Positions 39,808-54,357 of a DNA stretch of 64,000 nt are shown one piece after another. The DNA is from Thalia democratica (lineage: Eukaryota). The notes below the pieces were generated by a model. That model did not search any database. It had not been told where the DNA came from and saw nothing but the letters and a program-made list of their open reading frames with translations. The position numbers and the translations under genes were made by a program. Location of the stretch: assembly GCA_965202585.1 (NCBI GenBank), contig OZ241834.1:25730001-25794000 (forward strand), in the 5' to 3' direction. The stretch's first letter is position 1. The number at the start of each line of letters is the position of its first letter.

Positions 39808-42800
39808 GATGAATGAATAATAAAGCGACCAAAACGATACTTGCAAGAGTTACTGACTGTGACGAATTGACTGTCGAGCAGTTATGCTTTGCAAGGTACC
39901 TTTTACTTCTTAGCATTTTTGCATTAGCATGTTTGTTTAACACATATATGCTTATAAAAACTTAGTTGTCTTATTACGAATGTTGAAAAAGTTCCAGTAA
40001 GAAAGAAACCATATCTAACTTGTTCTAAAAGTAATTTTTTTTAAAGCATTAGTTTGAAAAGTCCAGAAATAACAGCCTGTATCTTACAGCACACCTCTAA
40101 ATACATTAAGAAAAACATAAATGAAACAAAACATGTTAACACACTCCCGACTGAGTTTTCCTTTGCCGCTCACCTAAAGTAATAAAGTTTTAACAAAGCA
40201 CAAGGTTTTTTTTTACCTCAAACTTAAACAAAGTTTCATTATATCGATTTCATGGAGTTTTGTTAATCGTAAGTTCTATCAAGTATGTTCAAGTTAATTA
40301 CAGTTTAAACTAATGTGTAAAAAGTAATTTCAAAAGAATAAAAGAGTTCATTTTGTTTAGCTTTACTAGTTATGATTACTCATAATCAATATACTCATAA
40401 GCAATGTACTCAAAACTTTTATTAAACAGACAACTAGATAACTTTGTTCTTGCACATACTAGTAACTTACCTTACAACAATGTTTTCCAAACAACCTTTC
40501 AAAAACGTACTGTACAGTAACTATGATGATACTTGTTTGAAAGTTGTAAACTACGTTTAAACACAAATTTTATTTTCCAGTGTATATGAAAAACTAGTTT
40601 AACAGGTAAGTAGTTTAACATTCAATTGGTGTTTCAAACAACTGATTCAAGCTGTTATACAGTTTAAAAAATAACTGATGCGATTTTGCTCGTTAAACTT
40701 AAACCTTGATCAAACTAAGAACTTTAACTTTGCAGATTTCAACCGAATAAAGTGTGCTGATAAAAGTGAACAAATGGATTTGGTTGTAAATTTTTCAAAC
40801 AAAATAAAGTTAATTAAATTCAAAGAAGTAAATAAGTCGAAAAAGCTTATGAACACTAGCACTAAATTTGAACTTAAACAAAAGCTGATATCTTTTGGAT
40901 GAAAAATTTTACGTAAAAAAAGAGGTTGGTTTATTTTTTAAGCAGCATTATATACAAAATAAAATCGAGTAAGAAAATCGAAATGAAAAAGTTTTGAAGT
41001 AAAATTGACAAACTTAGTGTTTGAATAAAGCTTTGTTTACAATCAGCACTCATAACCTTTCAATCTATCTTTGAAACTTTTTAACTGGAAAATAATGCAA
41101 CTAGGTTTTTTTTTCAAACTTTGTTTTGTCACTTCTCATAAAGTTTTAAAGTCAGTCGAAACAACATAGATACTGACACATATTTTGAAACAACAACAGT
41201 ACTGTTTTTTAAAGTTTACGATTGAAGTGTTTACCAAGTTAAACATGTGTTTTAACTGCTTTACTGCTAATAGTAATTTCCTAGTTTACTCAACCTAGAT
41301 TAATCATAATGTTCTGTACCATTGATTTCATTGACTAAATGTTTTGCTTTTCGAAATTCGTAACTAGTTATCTCTAACTTACTGTTAATGTAGTTAAAAA
41401 CACAGCTTAGGATAAGTTACATTTTATTCTCGGATGTCGTTAAGAACATAGCTGTTGTAGCAATAACATATAAACTTGAAGCAAAGTAACTGTTATCTTA
41501 TTCAATTATAGACCATATAAAACAAAGTATTTGCTTGATTCAAAGTTTTACATTGTAGTTTGCCTATTATGGAACTTGTACTGTCACATAATAGGCTGTA
41601 AAAAAATGAAGGCTAAAAAAGTTTTTGTCTTGCTTTGTCCAATTTTTCTTCTTCTTTACATTTATAAAAACTACACAGCTTAAAGCAACAAGTTACAGTA
41701 ATTTTGCTTTCTTATGTATAGCGTACTTAAGGGTAACAAACAAGTGGTAACAAGTTTTTTACTTCTTTTCTTTGTACCATGTTTCAGCTAATCAATTGGT
41801 TTATTTCATATGCTTGACAAGATTAGAAAGCTTAAATCAAGTAAGTAGATGTAAGCTTTGTAAAATAAAAGATTTATTTATACAAGTTCATCATTTTATT
41901 AAGGTATTTTGTTTTGTAAATTGCGTACTTGTTAATAGCGTTCTCTTTCTTTTGAACAAACGATGTTGTTTACATTTATGTGTTACACCAGTTTTGAATT
42001 GTTAAGCATGTTTCAGTTGTAGTTTAATTGTAATTGAACAGTATTTTTTAAGGACACTAAACATTGTTTGTTATTAACAGTTTAAAACGTTTTCAGTTAA
42101 TAAGTCAAAGTTTTATTTCTGTTTAAGCGTACTATTTTCATTGAAAAATAAAAATAGTTTTTACAGTGACGTAGGCACAGTTTTTTTTAATAAACTAAAA
42201 AACAAATGAAATATTGAATTAAAAAATGTCCACAAAGTAAGCATGAATAAGAATAAGTTTTATTTGGAAAAGAAAGTTAAAAGGAAAAAGGCCACGAAAA
42301 AGACACTCAAGTTAGTTAAAGCTTTTCACTAAGCATTCGACAATAGTAAGCAATAAAGTAAGGATTAGAGCAGTTATCTAGCTAGAGTTCCTTTCTTAAC
42401 AGTTGCATAAAAAAAGTACAGTAGAGAAATTGTAGCGAGCTAGGTATTTAATAAATAATGGGTTTATAGTTTGGAGGGAAATTGTTTTTTGATTCTTTTT
42501 CACCACAAAGTTGATTAAGTGTGTGTATTTGTGTTGTTGAGTTTAGTAGTCATTAGTAGCTTGTGTATTTAATTGGTGATCCACCTAATCTTTAGATTCA
42601 AAAAGTACATAGCTTAAAACAAACAAGTATCGTCGTTTTGAGTTGTCTCATACATAGTTTAAAAAAGAGTTACAAAAAATGGTAACAAGCTGTTCCATTT
42701 TTACCTTGGAATCATGTCGTTATTTGTCATAGCCACAGAAAAAATGAGTTCAACAAAACAAGTATGAGCTTTGTAAGCAGAAAGATTATTTCAATTGTAT

Positions 42801-44342
42801 GTTTGTTTTAAACAATCACTGTTGTTTACATTACTGTTCAACTTTTAAACAGTTTTTTATTGTTTCATTTGCATTCTGATAAGTAAAACTAATACTTATT
42901 TGACAATCAGACCTTAAATAAATATCATTGAGCATTTTTAGTATCAAAGCAAAGTAAATGTTTCTTCTCATTTAATATAATGTCTTATTTAAGCATAATT
43001 TTTTATTTAGTGACAGATTGATTTTTTTATTAAACTAACAACAAATATCTATTGAGTGTTTGAAAAACAAGTTTACAAAGTAAAATGAACTAGAATAAGT
43101 TTTGTTTAAACAATAAGTTAAACAAGAAAATTCCCATTAAAAAACATTTTTACCTAACATTTAAATACTAGTGAAGCAGAAAAACTTATTCTACATTATC
43201 AAAAGTAGTTTAAAATGTCAAGTAGAACTACAAAAACTAAAGTAAGTGTAACTAACTAGTAGAAACAAAAACAGAGAAATTCAGCTTTAGAAAGTTTATT
43301 TAGAAGTTATTGAAACACACTAACTGTTACTTTTTACCAACACGCACAATGTAGATATAAATTTGTACATTTTTTTGTCGCTTAGTTTAAGCTTGTTTGA
43401 CACTGTTTACTCGACATTAGTAGCTGCTTAAATCAACTGGTGGTCCTGATTACTTTAGATATGTAGAAACATAACTTTCAACAAACTACTAGAGTTGTTA
43501 AAGGTCAGTAAGTTGTCTCATATCTAGTTAAAACAAGTACCTTTTACTTTGAAAACTAGAATAATAAATTACTTAAAAAAGTACAAGCAGTTACTTTTTT
43601 GTGTTTTACCAAGTTTCAACCAATGAGCTGGTTTGTTTTGTGTGTTTATGTTTTGAATTGAAAATGTTTCTTGAATATGCTAAACAGAAGTTAGCTTTGA
43701 AAGAAGGAATATGTTATTTTACTTGAAAAACACATCTGTAATTTTTTGTCTTGAACAACCATTTTTGTATTCATTTATGTATTCGTAACTTTTTAAAACG
43801 TGTTACATGGCTTCAATTGCAGTTAAGTTGATAAGAAGAACTCGTTTAAAAAGTTAAAGCTCGGTTGTGTTACTAATAATCAACAACAACTTAAAATAAA
43901 GTTACAACTAAGTTTTTGCATGTTATAAGTGATATACATTTTTGTTTAAAAAGATGATACTTTTTTGTAAGCACTTATTTATTGAATGTTTCAACAGAAC
44001 TTCAGCAAATGAATAAAAACAAGTGTTTTGTACAAAAAGTATTCAGATGAAAAATCTTACGGACAACAAAATCAAGTTAGTTAAACATCTTTTACAAACC
44101 ATTTGATTACAAGCACTACTACTGTTTTTAGACTAATGCAATGCTTTTTCTACAATATAACGAGTTACAAGTTTATAAAGTATTTGAAACAAAAAAAAAG
44201 TGTGTTCATTCAAGTATATGAGTTTTTAATTTACACAAATAAGAATTTATTTGTACTAAGCTTATATTCTTGTACTTTAAGTAAACATGAACAGCTGGTT
44301 CTATTCAAATGGTGGTCCTGAAAAGGACCGGTTGTTTAGCGT

Positions 44343-44702
44343 TTATTTTGAGCTGGTGTATTTGGTAACAGCTTTAGTTCCTTCTGAAACTGCGTGCTTT
44401 GACAACTCGCCGGGGAGCAAGAGCCTGACAGCAGTTTGAATTTCGCGGCTGCTAACAGTTGACCTCTTGTTGTAATGAGCCAAACGTGAAGCCTCTGCTG
44501 CAATGCGCTCGAAGATGTCGTTGACAAATGAGTTCATGATTCCCATTGCCTTGCTGGAAATTCCGGTGTCGGGGTGCACTTGCTTCAAAACTTTGTACAC
44601 ATAGATGCCAAAGCTTTCTTTGTTCCTCCTCCTTCGCTTCTTCTTGCCGTCGACCGGAGCGGTCTTGGCTACTGACTTCTTCGCGCCTTTGGTTGCTGTC
44701 AT
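44343..44702 (-). CDS. H2B: Histone H2B, unit 7
   Basis: Same protein. Confidence 0.98.
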   Translation of the reverse strand: MTATKGAKKSVAKTAPVDGKKKRRRRNKESFGIYVYKVLKQVHPDTGISSKAMGIMNSFVNDIFERIAAEASRLAHYNKRSTVSSREIQTAVRLLLPGELSKHAVSEGTKAVTKYTSSK

Positions 44703-44866
44703 GATGATGTGTGGACTTCTGTCTCGGCGCCAGTTTATATGCTGAAAAATTATGCAAATTAGCATAGTTCCGTACGCGAACGATAGCTGGTTTCTCTCAC
44801 TTCACAATTCTCTCGTTTGTTGTAAATATTTTGGTGGTCCTGAAAAGGACCTGGTTTTTTTTTAAC

Positions 44867-45247
44867 TTAGGCTGACTTTTTTGAAGCGGTCTTCTTAGGC
44901 AATAGTACTGCCTGGATGTTTGGAAGAACACCACCTTGAGCAATTGTGACGCCTCCGAGAAGTTTGTTCAACTCTTCGTCGTTGCGAATAGCTAGTTGCA
45001 AATGGCGAGGAATGATCCTGCTTTTCTTGTTGTCACGAGCAGCGTTACCGGCAAGCTCGAGCACTTCTGCGCTCAAGTACTCGAGAACGGCAGCCAGATA
45101 AACTGGAGCACCAGCTCCGACTCTTTGGCTGTAGTTGCCGGTGCGCAACAGGCGGTGCACGCGACCGACTGGAAACTGCAGTCCTGCACGGGAAGACCTG
45201 CTCTTCGGCTTAGATTTGAGTTTTGATCCTTTACCACGTCCTGACAT
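44867..45247 (-). CDS. H2A: Histone H2A, unit 7
   Basis: Same protein. Confidence 0.98.
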   Translation of the reverse strand: MSGRGKGSKLKSKPKSRSSRAGLQFPVGRVHRLLRTGNYSQRVGAGAPVYLAAVLEYLSAEVLELAGNAARDNKKSRIIPRHLQLAIRNDEELNKLLGGVTIAQGGVLPNIQAVLLPKKTASKKSA

Positions 45248-45429
45248 TTTGTTGTTCGAATGATTGTGATGATAGCTTGCACAGCTCACTATAAAACTCA
45301 TACCTAACCGCGTCGAACGAAAAACTAATTTGCATATGTCATAGCTAATGCTTAATCTTGTCAAAAGTGTTGTAAAACTTTTATATTGAATTAGGTGGTC
45401 CTAAAAAGGACCGGGTTTGCTAAAAGCGA

Positions 45430-45777
<348 letters not shown>

Positions 45778-45929
45778 TTATATACAAGCTGTTACGGACG
45801 CGTACGGTTACTACTAACTAATTTGCATACTCAAAAAAGTCTCTTAACTTACATTTTTTCGTTCGGTTAAGTTTTTCTCACTGTCAAAGTTTTAAGGTGG
45901 CCCTGAAAAGGACCGGTTTTAGCTAACGC

Positions 45930-46421
<492 letters not shown>

Positions 46422-46521
46422 CTAATTTGCATATTTTCAACTTAGCATTGTTTTATGCATTTCGAGTTGCGTTATATTTTGTTTGAGTGGTCCTGAAAAG
46501 GACCTTGGGTAAAAGAACAAC

Positions 46522-47082
46522 TTATTTTTTGCAGCTCTTCTTCTTGGATGCTTTTTTGGCTGCCGGCTTCTTCTTGGTTACTTTCTTCTTCTTGCTTGCA
46601 GCTTTTTTAGATGCTGCCTTCTTAGGAGCGCACTTTTTAGCAGGTCGCTTTTTGGCTGCTGGTTTTTTTGCAGCCTTCTTGGGAGCACACTTCTTTTTTG
46701 GTTTTTTAGCTGCGGCCTTCTTTGCTGCTGGCTTTTTAGCTACTTTCTTTGTCCTCTTCTTGGGCCCAGCAGCTGGCATTGGAGCAAGCTTGAACGAGCC
46801 AGAAGCGCCTTTTCCAGTTGTCTGGAGAAAAGCACCTTTGGTCACGCCGCTGGTAAGTGCTCTCTTCAAGTGAGAATTGGAAGCTGTGAGGTCAAGCTTG
46901 TAGGTGTCCGCAATAAACTTTTGTATCTTCTGGCGGGATGTACCTTTTCGTTCCTTCATTGCTCCAAGGGCAGAGCTAATCATTTCCCTGTAAGTAGGGT
47001 GCTCTGCCTTCTTGGCGCTTGGTCTCTTGGAGGACCTGGCTGCGGCTGGCGCTGGTACTGCTGCTACTGCTGTGGTAGACAT
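46522..47082 (-). CDS. H1: Histone H1, unit 7
   Basis: Type B H1 protein. Confidence 0.96.
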   Translation of the reverse strand: MSTTAVAAVPAPAAARSSKRPSAKKAEHPTYREMISSALGAMKERKGTSRQKIQKFIADTYKLDLTASNSHLKRALTSGVTKGAFLQTTGKGASGSFKLAPMPAAGPKKRTKKVAKKPAAKKAAAKKPKKKCAPKKAAKKPAAKKRPAKKCAPKKAASKKAASKKKKVTKKKPAAKKASKKKSCKK

Positions 47083-50000
47083 GATGAATGAATAATAAAG
47101 CGACCAAAACGATACTTGCAAGAGTTACTGACTGTGACGAATTGACTGTCGAGCAGTTATGCTTTGCAAGGTACCTTTTACTTCTTAGCATTTTTGCATT
47201 AGCATGTTTGTTTAACACATATATGCTTATAAAAACTTAGTTGTCTTATTACGAATGTTGAAAAAGTTCCAGTAAGAAAGAAACCATATCTAACTTGTTC
47301 TAAAAGTAATTTTTTTTAAAGCATTAGTTTGAAAAGTCCAGAAATAACAGCCTGTATCTTACAGCACACCTCTAAATACATTAAGAAAAACATAAATGAA
47401 ACAAAACATGTTAACACACTCCCGACTGAGTTTTCCTTTGCCGCTCACCTAAAGTAATAAAGTTTTAACAAAGCACAAGGTTTTTTTTTACCTCAAACTT
47501 AAACAAAGTTTCATTATATCGATTTCATGGAGTTTTGTTAATCGTAAGTTCTATCAAGTATGTTCAAGTTAATTACAGTTTAAACTAATGTGTAAAAAGT
47601 AATTTCAAAAGAATAAAAGAGTTCATTTTGTTTAGCTTTACTAGTTATGATTACTCATAATCAATATACTCATAAGCAATGTACTCAAAACTTTTATTAA
47701 ACAGACAACTAGATAACTTTGTTCTTGCACATACTAGTAACTTACCTTACAACAATGTTTTCCAAACAACCTTTCAAAAACGTACTGTACAGTAACTATG
47801 ATGATACTTGTTTGAAAGTTGTAAACTACGTTTAAACACAAATTTTATTTTCCAGTGTATATGAAAAACTAGTTTAACAGGTAAGTAGTTTAACATTCAA
47901 TTGGTGTTTCAAACAACTGATTCAAGCTGTTATACAGTTTAAAAAATAACTGATGCGATTTTGCTCGTTAAACTTAAACCTTGATCAAACTAAGAACTTT
48001 AACTTTGCAGATTTCAACCGAATAAAGTGTGCTGATAAAAGTGAACAAATGGATTTGGTTGTAAATTTTTCAAACAAAATAAAGTTAATTAAATTCAAAG
48101 AAGTAAATAAGTCGAAAAAGCTTATGAACACTAGCACTAAATTTGAACTTAAACAAAAGCTGATATCTTTTGGATGAAAAATTTTACGTAAAAAAAGAGG
48201 TTGGTTTATTTTTTAAGCAGCATTATATACAAAATAAAATCGAGTAAGAAAATCGAAATGAAAAAGTTTTGAAGTAAAATTGACAAACTTAGTGTTTGAA
48301 TAAAGCTTTGTTTACAATCAGCACTCATAACCTTTCAATCTATCTTTGAAACTTTTTAACTGGAAAATAATGCAACTAGGTTTTTTTTTCAAACTTTGTT
48401 TTGTCACTTCTCATAAAGTTTTAAAGTCAGTCGAAACAACATAGATACTGACACATATTTTGAAACAACAACAGTACTGTTTTTTAAAGTTTACGATTGA
48501 AGTGTTTACCAAGTTAAACATGTGTTTTAACTGCTTTACTGCTAATAGTAATTTCCTAGTTTACTCAACCTAGATTAATCATAATGTTCTGTACCATTGA
48601 TTTCATTGACTAAATGTTTTGCTTTTCGAAATTCGTAACTAGTTATCTCTAACTTACTGTTAATGTAGTTAAAAACACAGCTTAGGATAAGTTACATTTT
48701 ATTCTCGGATGTCGTTAAGAACATAGCTGTTGTAGCAATAACATATAAACTTGAAGCAAAGTAACTGTTATCTTATTCAATTATAGACCATATAAAACAA
48801 AGTATTTGCTTGATTCAAAGTTTTACATTGTAGTTTGCCTATTATGGAACTTGTACTGTCACATAATAGGCTGTAAAAAAATGAAGGCTAAAAAAGTTTT
48901 TGTCTTGCTTTGTCCAATTTTTCTTCTTCTTTACATTTATAAAAACTACACAGCTTAAAGCAACAAGTTACAGTAATTTTGCTTTCTTATGTATAGCGTA
49001 CTTAAGGGTAACAAACAAGTGGTAACAAGTTTTTTACTTCTTTTCTTTGTACCATGTTTCAGCTAATCAATTGGTTTATTTCATATGCTTGACAAGATTA
49101 GAAAGCTTAAATCAAGTAAGTAGATGTAAGCTTTGTAAAATAAAAGATTTATTTATACAAGTTCATCATTTTATTAAGGTATTTTGTTTTGTAAATTGCG
49201 TACTTGTTAATAGCGTTCTCTTTCTTTTGAACAAACGATGTTGTTTACATTTATGTGTTACACCAGTTTTGAATTGTTAAGCATGTTTCAGTTGTAGTTT
49301 AATTGTAATTGAACAGTATTTTTTAAGGACACTAAACATTGTTTGTTATTAACAGTTTAAAACGTTTTCAGTTAATAAGTCAAAGTTTTATTTCTGTTTA
49401 AGCGTACTATTTTCATTGAAAAATAAAAATAGTTTTTACAGTGACGTAGGCACAGTTTTTTTTAATAAACTAAAAAACAAATGAAATATTGAATTAAAAA
49501 ATGTCCACAAAGTAAGCATGAATAAGAATAAGTTTTATTTGGAAAAGAAAGTTAAAAGGAAAAAGGCCACGAAAAAGACACTCAAGTTAGTTAAAGCTTT
49601 TCACTAAGCATTCGACAATAGTAAGCAATAAAGTAAGGATTAGAGCAGTTATCTAGCTAGAGTTCCTTTCTTAACAGTTGCATAAAAAAAGTACAGTAGA
49701 GAAATTGTAGCGAGCTAGGTATTTAATAAATAATGGGTTTATAGTTTGGAGGGAAATTGTTTTTTGATTCTTTTTCACCACAAAGTTGATTAAGTGTGTG
49801 TATTTGTGTTGTTGAGTTTAGTAGTCATTAGTAGCTTGTGTATTTAATTGGTGATCCACCTAATCTTTAGATTCAAAAAGTACATAGCTTAAAACAAACA
49901 AGTATCGTCGTTTTGAGTTGTCTCATACATAGTTTAAAAAAGAGTTACAAAAAATGGTAACAAGCTGTTCCATTTTTACCTTGGAATCATGTCGTTATTT

Positions 50001-51617
50001 GTCATAGCCACAGAAAAAATGAGTTCAACAAAACAAGTATGAGCTTTGTAAGCAGAAAGATTATTTCAATTGTATGTTTGTTTTAAACAATCACTGTTGT
50101 TTACATTACTGTTCAACTTTTAAACAGTTTTTTATTGTTTCATTTGCATTCTGATAAGTAAAACTAATACTTATTTGACAATCAGACCTTAAATAAATAT
50201 CATTGAGCATTTTTAGTATCAAAGCAAAGTAAATGTTTCTTCTCATTTAATATAATGTCTTATTTAAGCATAATTTTTTATTTAGTGACAGATTGATTTT
50301 TTTATTAAACTAACAACAAATATCTATTGAGTGTTTGAAAAACAAGTTTACAAAGTAAAATGAACTAGAATAAGTTTTGTTTAAACAATAAGTTAAACAA
50401 GAAAATTCCCATTAAAAAACATTTTTACCTAACATTTAAATACTAGTGAAGCAGAAAAACTTATTCTACATTATCAAAAGTAGTTTAAAATGTCAAGTAG
50501 AACTACAAAAACTAAAGTAAGTGTAACTAACTAGTAGAAACAAAAACAGAGAAATTCAGCTTTAGAAAGTTTATTTAGAAGTTATTGAAACACACTAACT
50601 GTTACTTTTTACCAACACGCACAATGTAGATATAAATTTGTACATTTTTTTGTCGCTTAGTTTAAGCTTGTTTGACACTGTTTACTCGACATTAGTAGCT
50701 GCTTAAATCAACTGGTGGTCCTGATTACTTTAGATATGTAGAAACATAACTTTCAACAAACTACTAGAGTTGTTAAAGGTCAGTAAGTTGTCTCATATCT
50801 AGTTAAAACAAGTACCTTTTACTTTGAAAACTAGAATAATAAATTACTTAAAAAAGTACAAGCAGTTACTTTTTTGTGTTTTACCAAGTTTCAACCAATG
50901 AGCTGGTTTGTTTTGTGTGTTTATGTTTTGAATTGAAAATGTTTCTTGAATATGCTAAACAGAAGTTAGCTTTGAAAGAAGGAATATGTTATTTTACTTG
51001 AAAAACACATCTGTAATTTTTTGTCTTGAACAACCATTTTTGTATTCATTTATGTATTCGTAACTTTTTAAAACGTGTTACATGGCTTCAATTGCAGTTA
51101 AGTTGATAAGAAGAACTCGTTTAAAAAGTTAAAGCTCGGTTGTGTTACTAATAATCAACAACAACTTAAAATAAAGTTACAACTAAGTTTTTGCATGTTA
51201 TAAGTGATATACATTTTTGTTTAAAAAGATGATACTTTTTTGTAAGCACTTATTTATTGAATGTTTCAACAGAACTTCAGCAAATGAATAAAAACAAGTG
51301 TTTTGTACAAAAAGTATTCAGATGAAAAATCTTACGGACAACAAAATCAAGTTAGTTAAACATCTTTTACAAACCATTTGATTACAAGCACTACTACTGT
51401 TTTTAGACTAATGCAATGCTTTTTCTACAATATAACGAGTTACAAGTTTATAAAGTATTTGAAACAAAAAAAAAGTGTGTTCATTCAAGTATATGAGTTT
51501 TTAATTTACACAAATAAGAATTTATTTGTACTAAGCTTATATTCTTGTACTTTAAGTAAACATGAACAGCTGGTTCTATTCAAATGGTGGTCCTGAAAAG
51601 GACCGGTTGTTTAGCGT

Positions 51618-51977
51618 TTATTTTGAGCTGGTGTATTTGGTAACAGCTTTAGTTCCTTCTGAAACTGCGTGCTTTGACAACTCGCCGGGGAGCAAGAGCC
51701 TGACAGCAGTTTGAATTTCGCGGCTGCTAACAGTTGACCTCTTGTTGTAATGAGCCAAACGTGAAGCCTCTGCTGCAATGCGCTCGAAGATGTCGTTGAC
51801 AAATGAGTTCATGATTCCCATTGCCTTGCTGGAAATTCCGGTGTCGGGGTGCACTTGCTTCAAAACTTTGTACACATAGATGCCAAAGCTTTCTTTGTTC
51901 CTCCTCCTTCGCTTCTTCTTGCCGTCGACCGGAGCGGTCTTGGCTACTGACTTCTTCGCGCCTTTGGTTGCTGTCAT
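51618..51977 (-). CDS. H2B: Histone H2B, unit 8
   Basis: Same protein; private SNP at the -1 position of the ATG (51978). Confidence 0.98.
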   Translation of the reverse strand: MTATKGAKKSVAKTAPVDGKKKRRRRNKESFGIYVYKVLKQVHPDTGISSKAMGIMNSFVNDIFERIAAEASRLAHYNKRSTVSSREIQTAVRLLLPGELSKHAVSEGTKAVTKYTSSK

Positions 51978-52141
51978 TATGATGTGTGGACTTCTGTCTC
52001 GGCGCCAGTTTATATGCTGAAAAATTATGCAAATTAGCATAGTTCCGTACGCGAACGATAGCTGGTTTCTCTCACTTCACAATTCTCTCGTTTGTTGTAA
52101 ATATTTTGGTGGTCCTGAAAAGGACCTGGTTTTTTTTTAAC

Positions 52142-52522
52142 TTAGGCTGACTTTTTTGAAGCGGTCTTCTTAGGCAATAGTACTGCCTGGATGTTTGGAA
52201 GAACACCACCTTGAGCAATTGTGACGCCTCCGAGAAGTTTGTTCAACTCTTCGTCGTTGCGAATAGCTAGTTGCAAATGGCGAGGAATGATCCTGCTTTT
52301 CTTGTTGTCACGAGCAGCGTTACCGGCAAGCTCGAGCACTTCTGCGCTCAAGTACTCGAGAACGGCAGCCAGATAAACTGGAGCACCAGCTCCGACTCTT
52401 TGGCTGTAGTTGCCGGTGCGCAACAGGCGGTGCACGCGACCGACTGGAAACTGCAGTCCTGCACGGGAAGACCTGCTCTTCGGCTTAGATTTGAGTTTTG
52501 ATCCTTTACCACGTCCTGACAT
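52142..52522 (-). CDS. H2A: Histone H2A, unit 8
   Basis: Same protein. Confidence 0.98.
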   Translation of the reverse strand: MSGRGKGSKLKSKPKSRSSRAGLQFPVGRVHRLLRTGNYSQRVGAGAPVYLAAVLEYLSAEVLELAGNAARDNKKSRIIPRHLQLAIRNDEELNKLLGGVTIAQGGVLPNIQAVLLPKKTASKKSA

Positions 52523-52704
52523 TTTGTTGTTCGAATGATTGTGATGATAGCTTGCACAGCTCACTATAAAACTCATACCTAACCGCGTCGAACGAAAAAC
52601 TAATTTGCATATGTCATAGCTAATGCTTAATCTTGTCAAAAGTGTTGTAAAACTTTTATATTGAATTAGGTGGTCCTAAAAAGGACCGGGTTTGCTAAAA
52701 GCGA

Positions 52705-53052
<348 letters not shown>

Positions 53053-53204
53053 TTATATACAAGCTGTTACGGACGCGTACGGTTACTACTAACTAATTTG
53101 CATACTCAAAAAAGTCTCTTAACTTACATTTTTTCGTTCGGTTAAGTTTTTCTCACTGTCAAAGTTTTAAGGTGGCCCTGAAAAGGACCGGTTTTAGCTA
53201 ACGC

Positions 53205-53696
<492 letters not shown>

Positions 53697-53796
53697 CTAA
53701 TTTGCATATTTTCAACTTAGCATTGTTTTATGCATTTCGAGTTGCGTTATATTTTGTTTGAGTGGTCCTGAAAAGGACCTTGGGTAAAAGAACAAC

Positions 53797-54357
53797 TTAT
53801 TTTTTGCAGCTCTTCTTCTTGGATGCTTTTTTGGCTGCCGGCTTCTTCTTGGTTACTTTCTTCTTCTTGCTTGCAGCTTTTTTAGATGCTGCCTTCTTAG
53901 GAGCGCACTTTTTAGCAGGTCGCTTTTTGGCTGCTGGTTTTTTTGCAGCCTTCTTGGGAGCACACTTCTTTTTTGGTTTTTTAGCTGCGGCCTTCTTTGC
54001 TGCTGGCTTTTTAGCTACTTTCTTTGTCCTCTTCTTGGGCCCAGCAGCTGGCATTGGAGCAAGCTTGAACGAGCCAGAAGCGCCTTTTCCAGTTGTCTGG
54101 AGAAAAGCACCTTTGGTCACGCCGCTGGTAAGTGCTCTCTTCAAGTGAGAATTGGAAGCTGTGAGGTCAAGCTTGTAGGTGTCCGCAATAAACTTTTGTA
54201 TCTTCTGGCGGGATGTACCTTTTCGTTCCTTCATTGCTCCAAGGGCAGAGCTAATCATTTCCCTGTAAGTAGGGTGCTCTGCCTTCTTGGCGCTTGGTCT
54301 CTTGGAGGACCTGGCTGCGGCTGGCGCTGGTACTGCTGCTACTGCTGTGGTAGACAT
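53797..54357 (-). CDS. H1: Histone H1, unit 8
   Basis: Type B H1 protein. Confidence 0.96.
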   Translation of the reverse strand: MSTTAVAAVPAPAAARSSKRPSAKKAEHPTYREMISSALGAMKERKGTSRQKIQKFIADTYKLDLTASNSHLKRALTSGVTKGAFLQTTGKGASGSFKLAPMPAAGPKKRTKKVAKKPAAKKAAAKKPKKKCAPKKAAKKPAAKKRPAKKCAPKKAASKKAASKKKKVTKKKPAAKKASKKKSCKK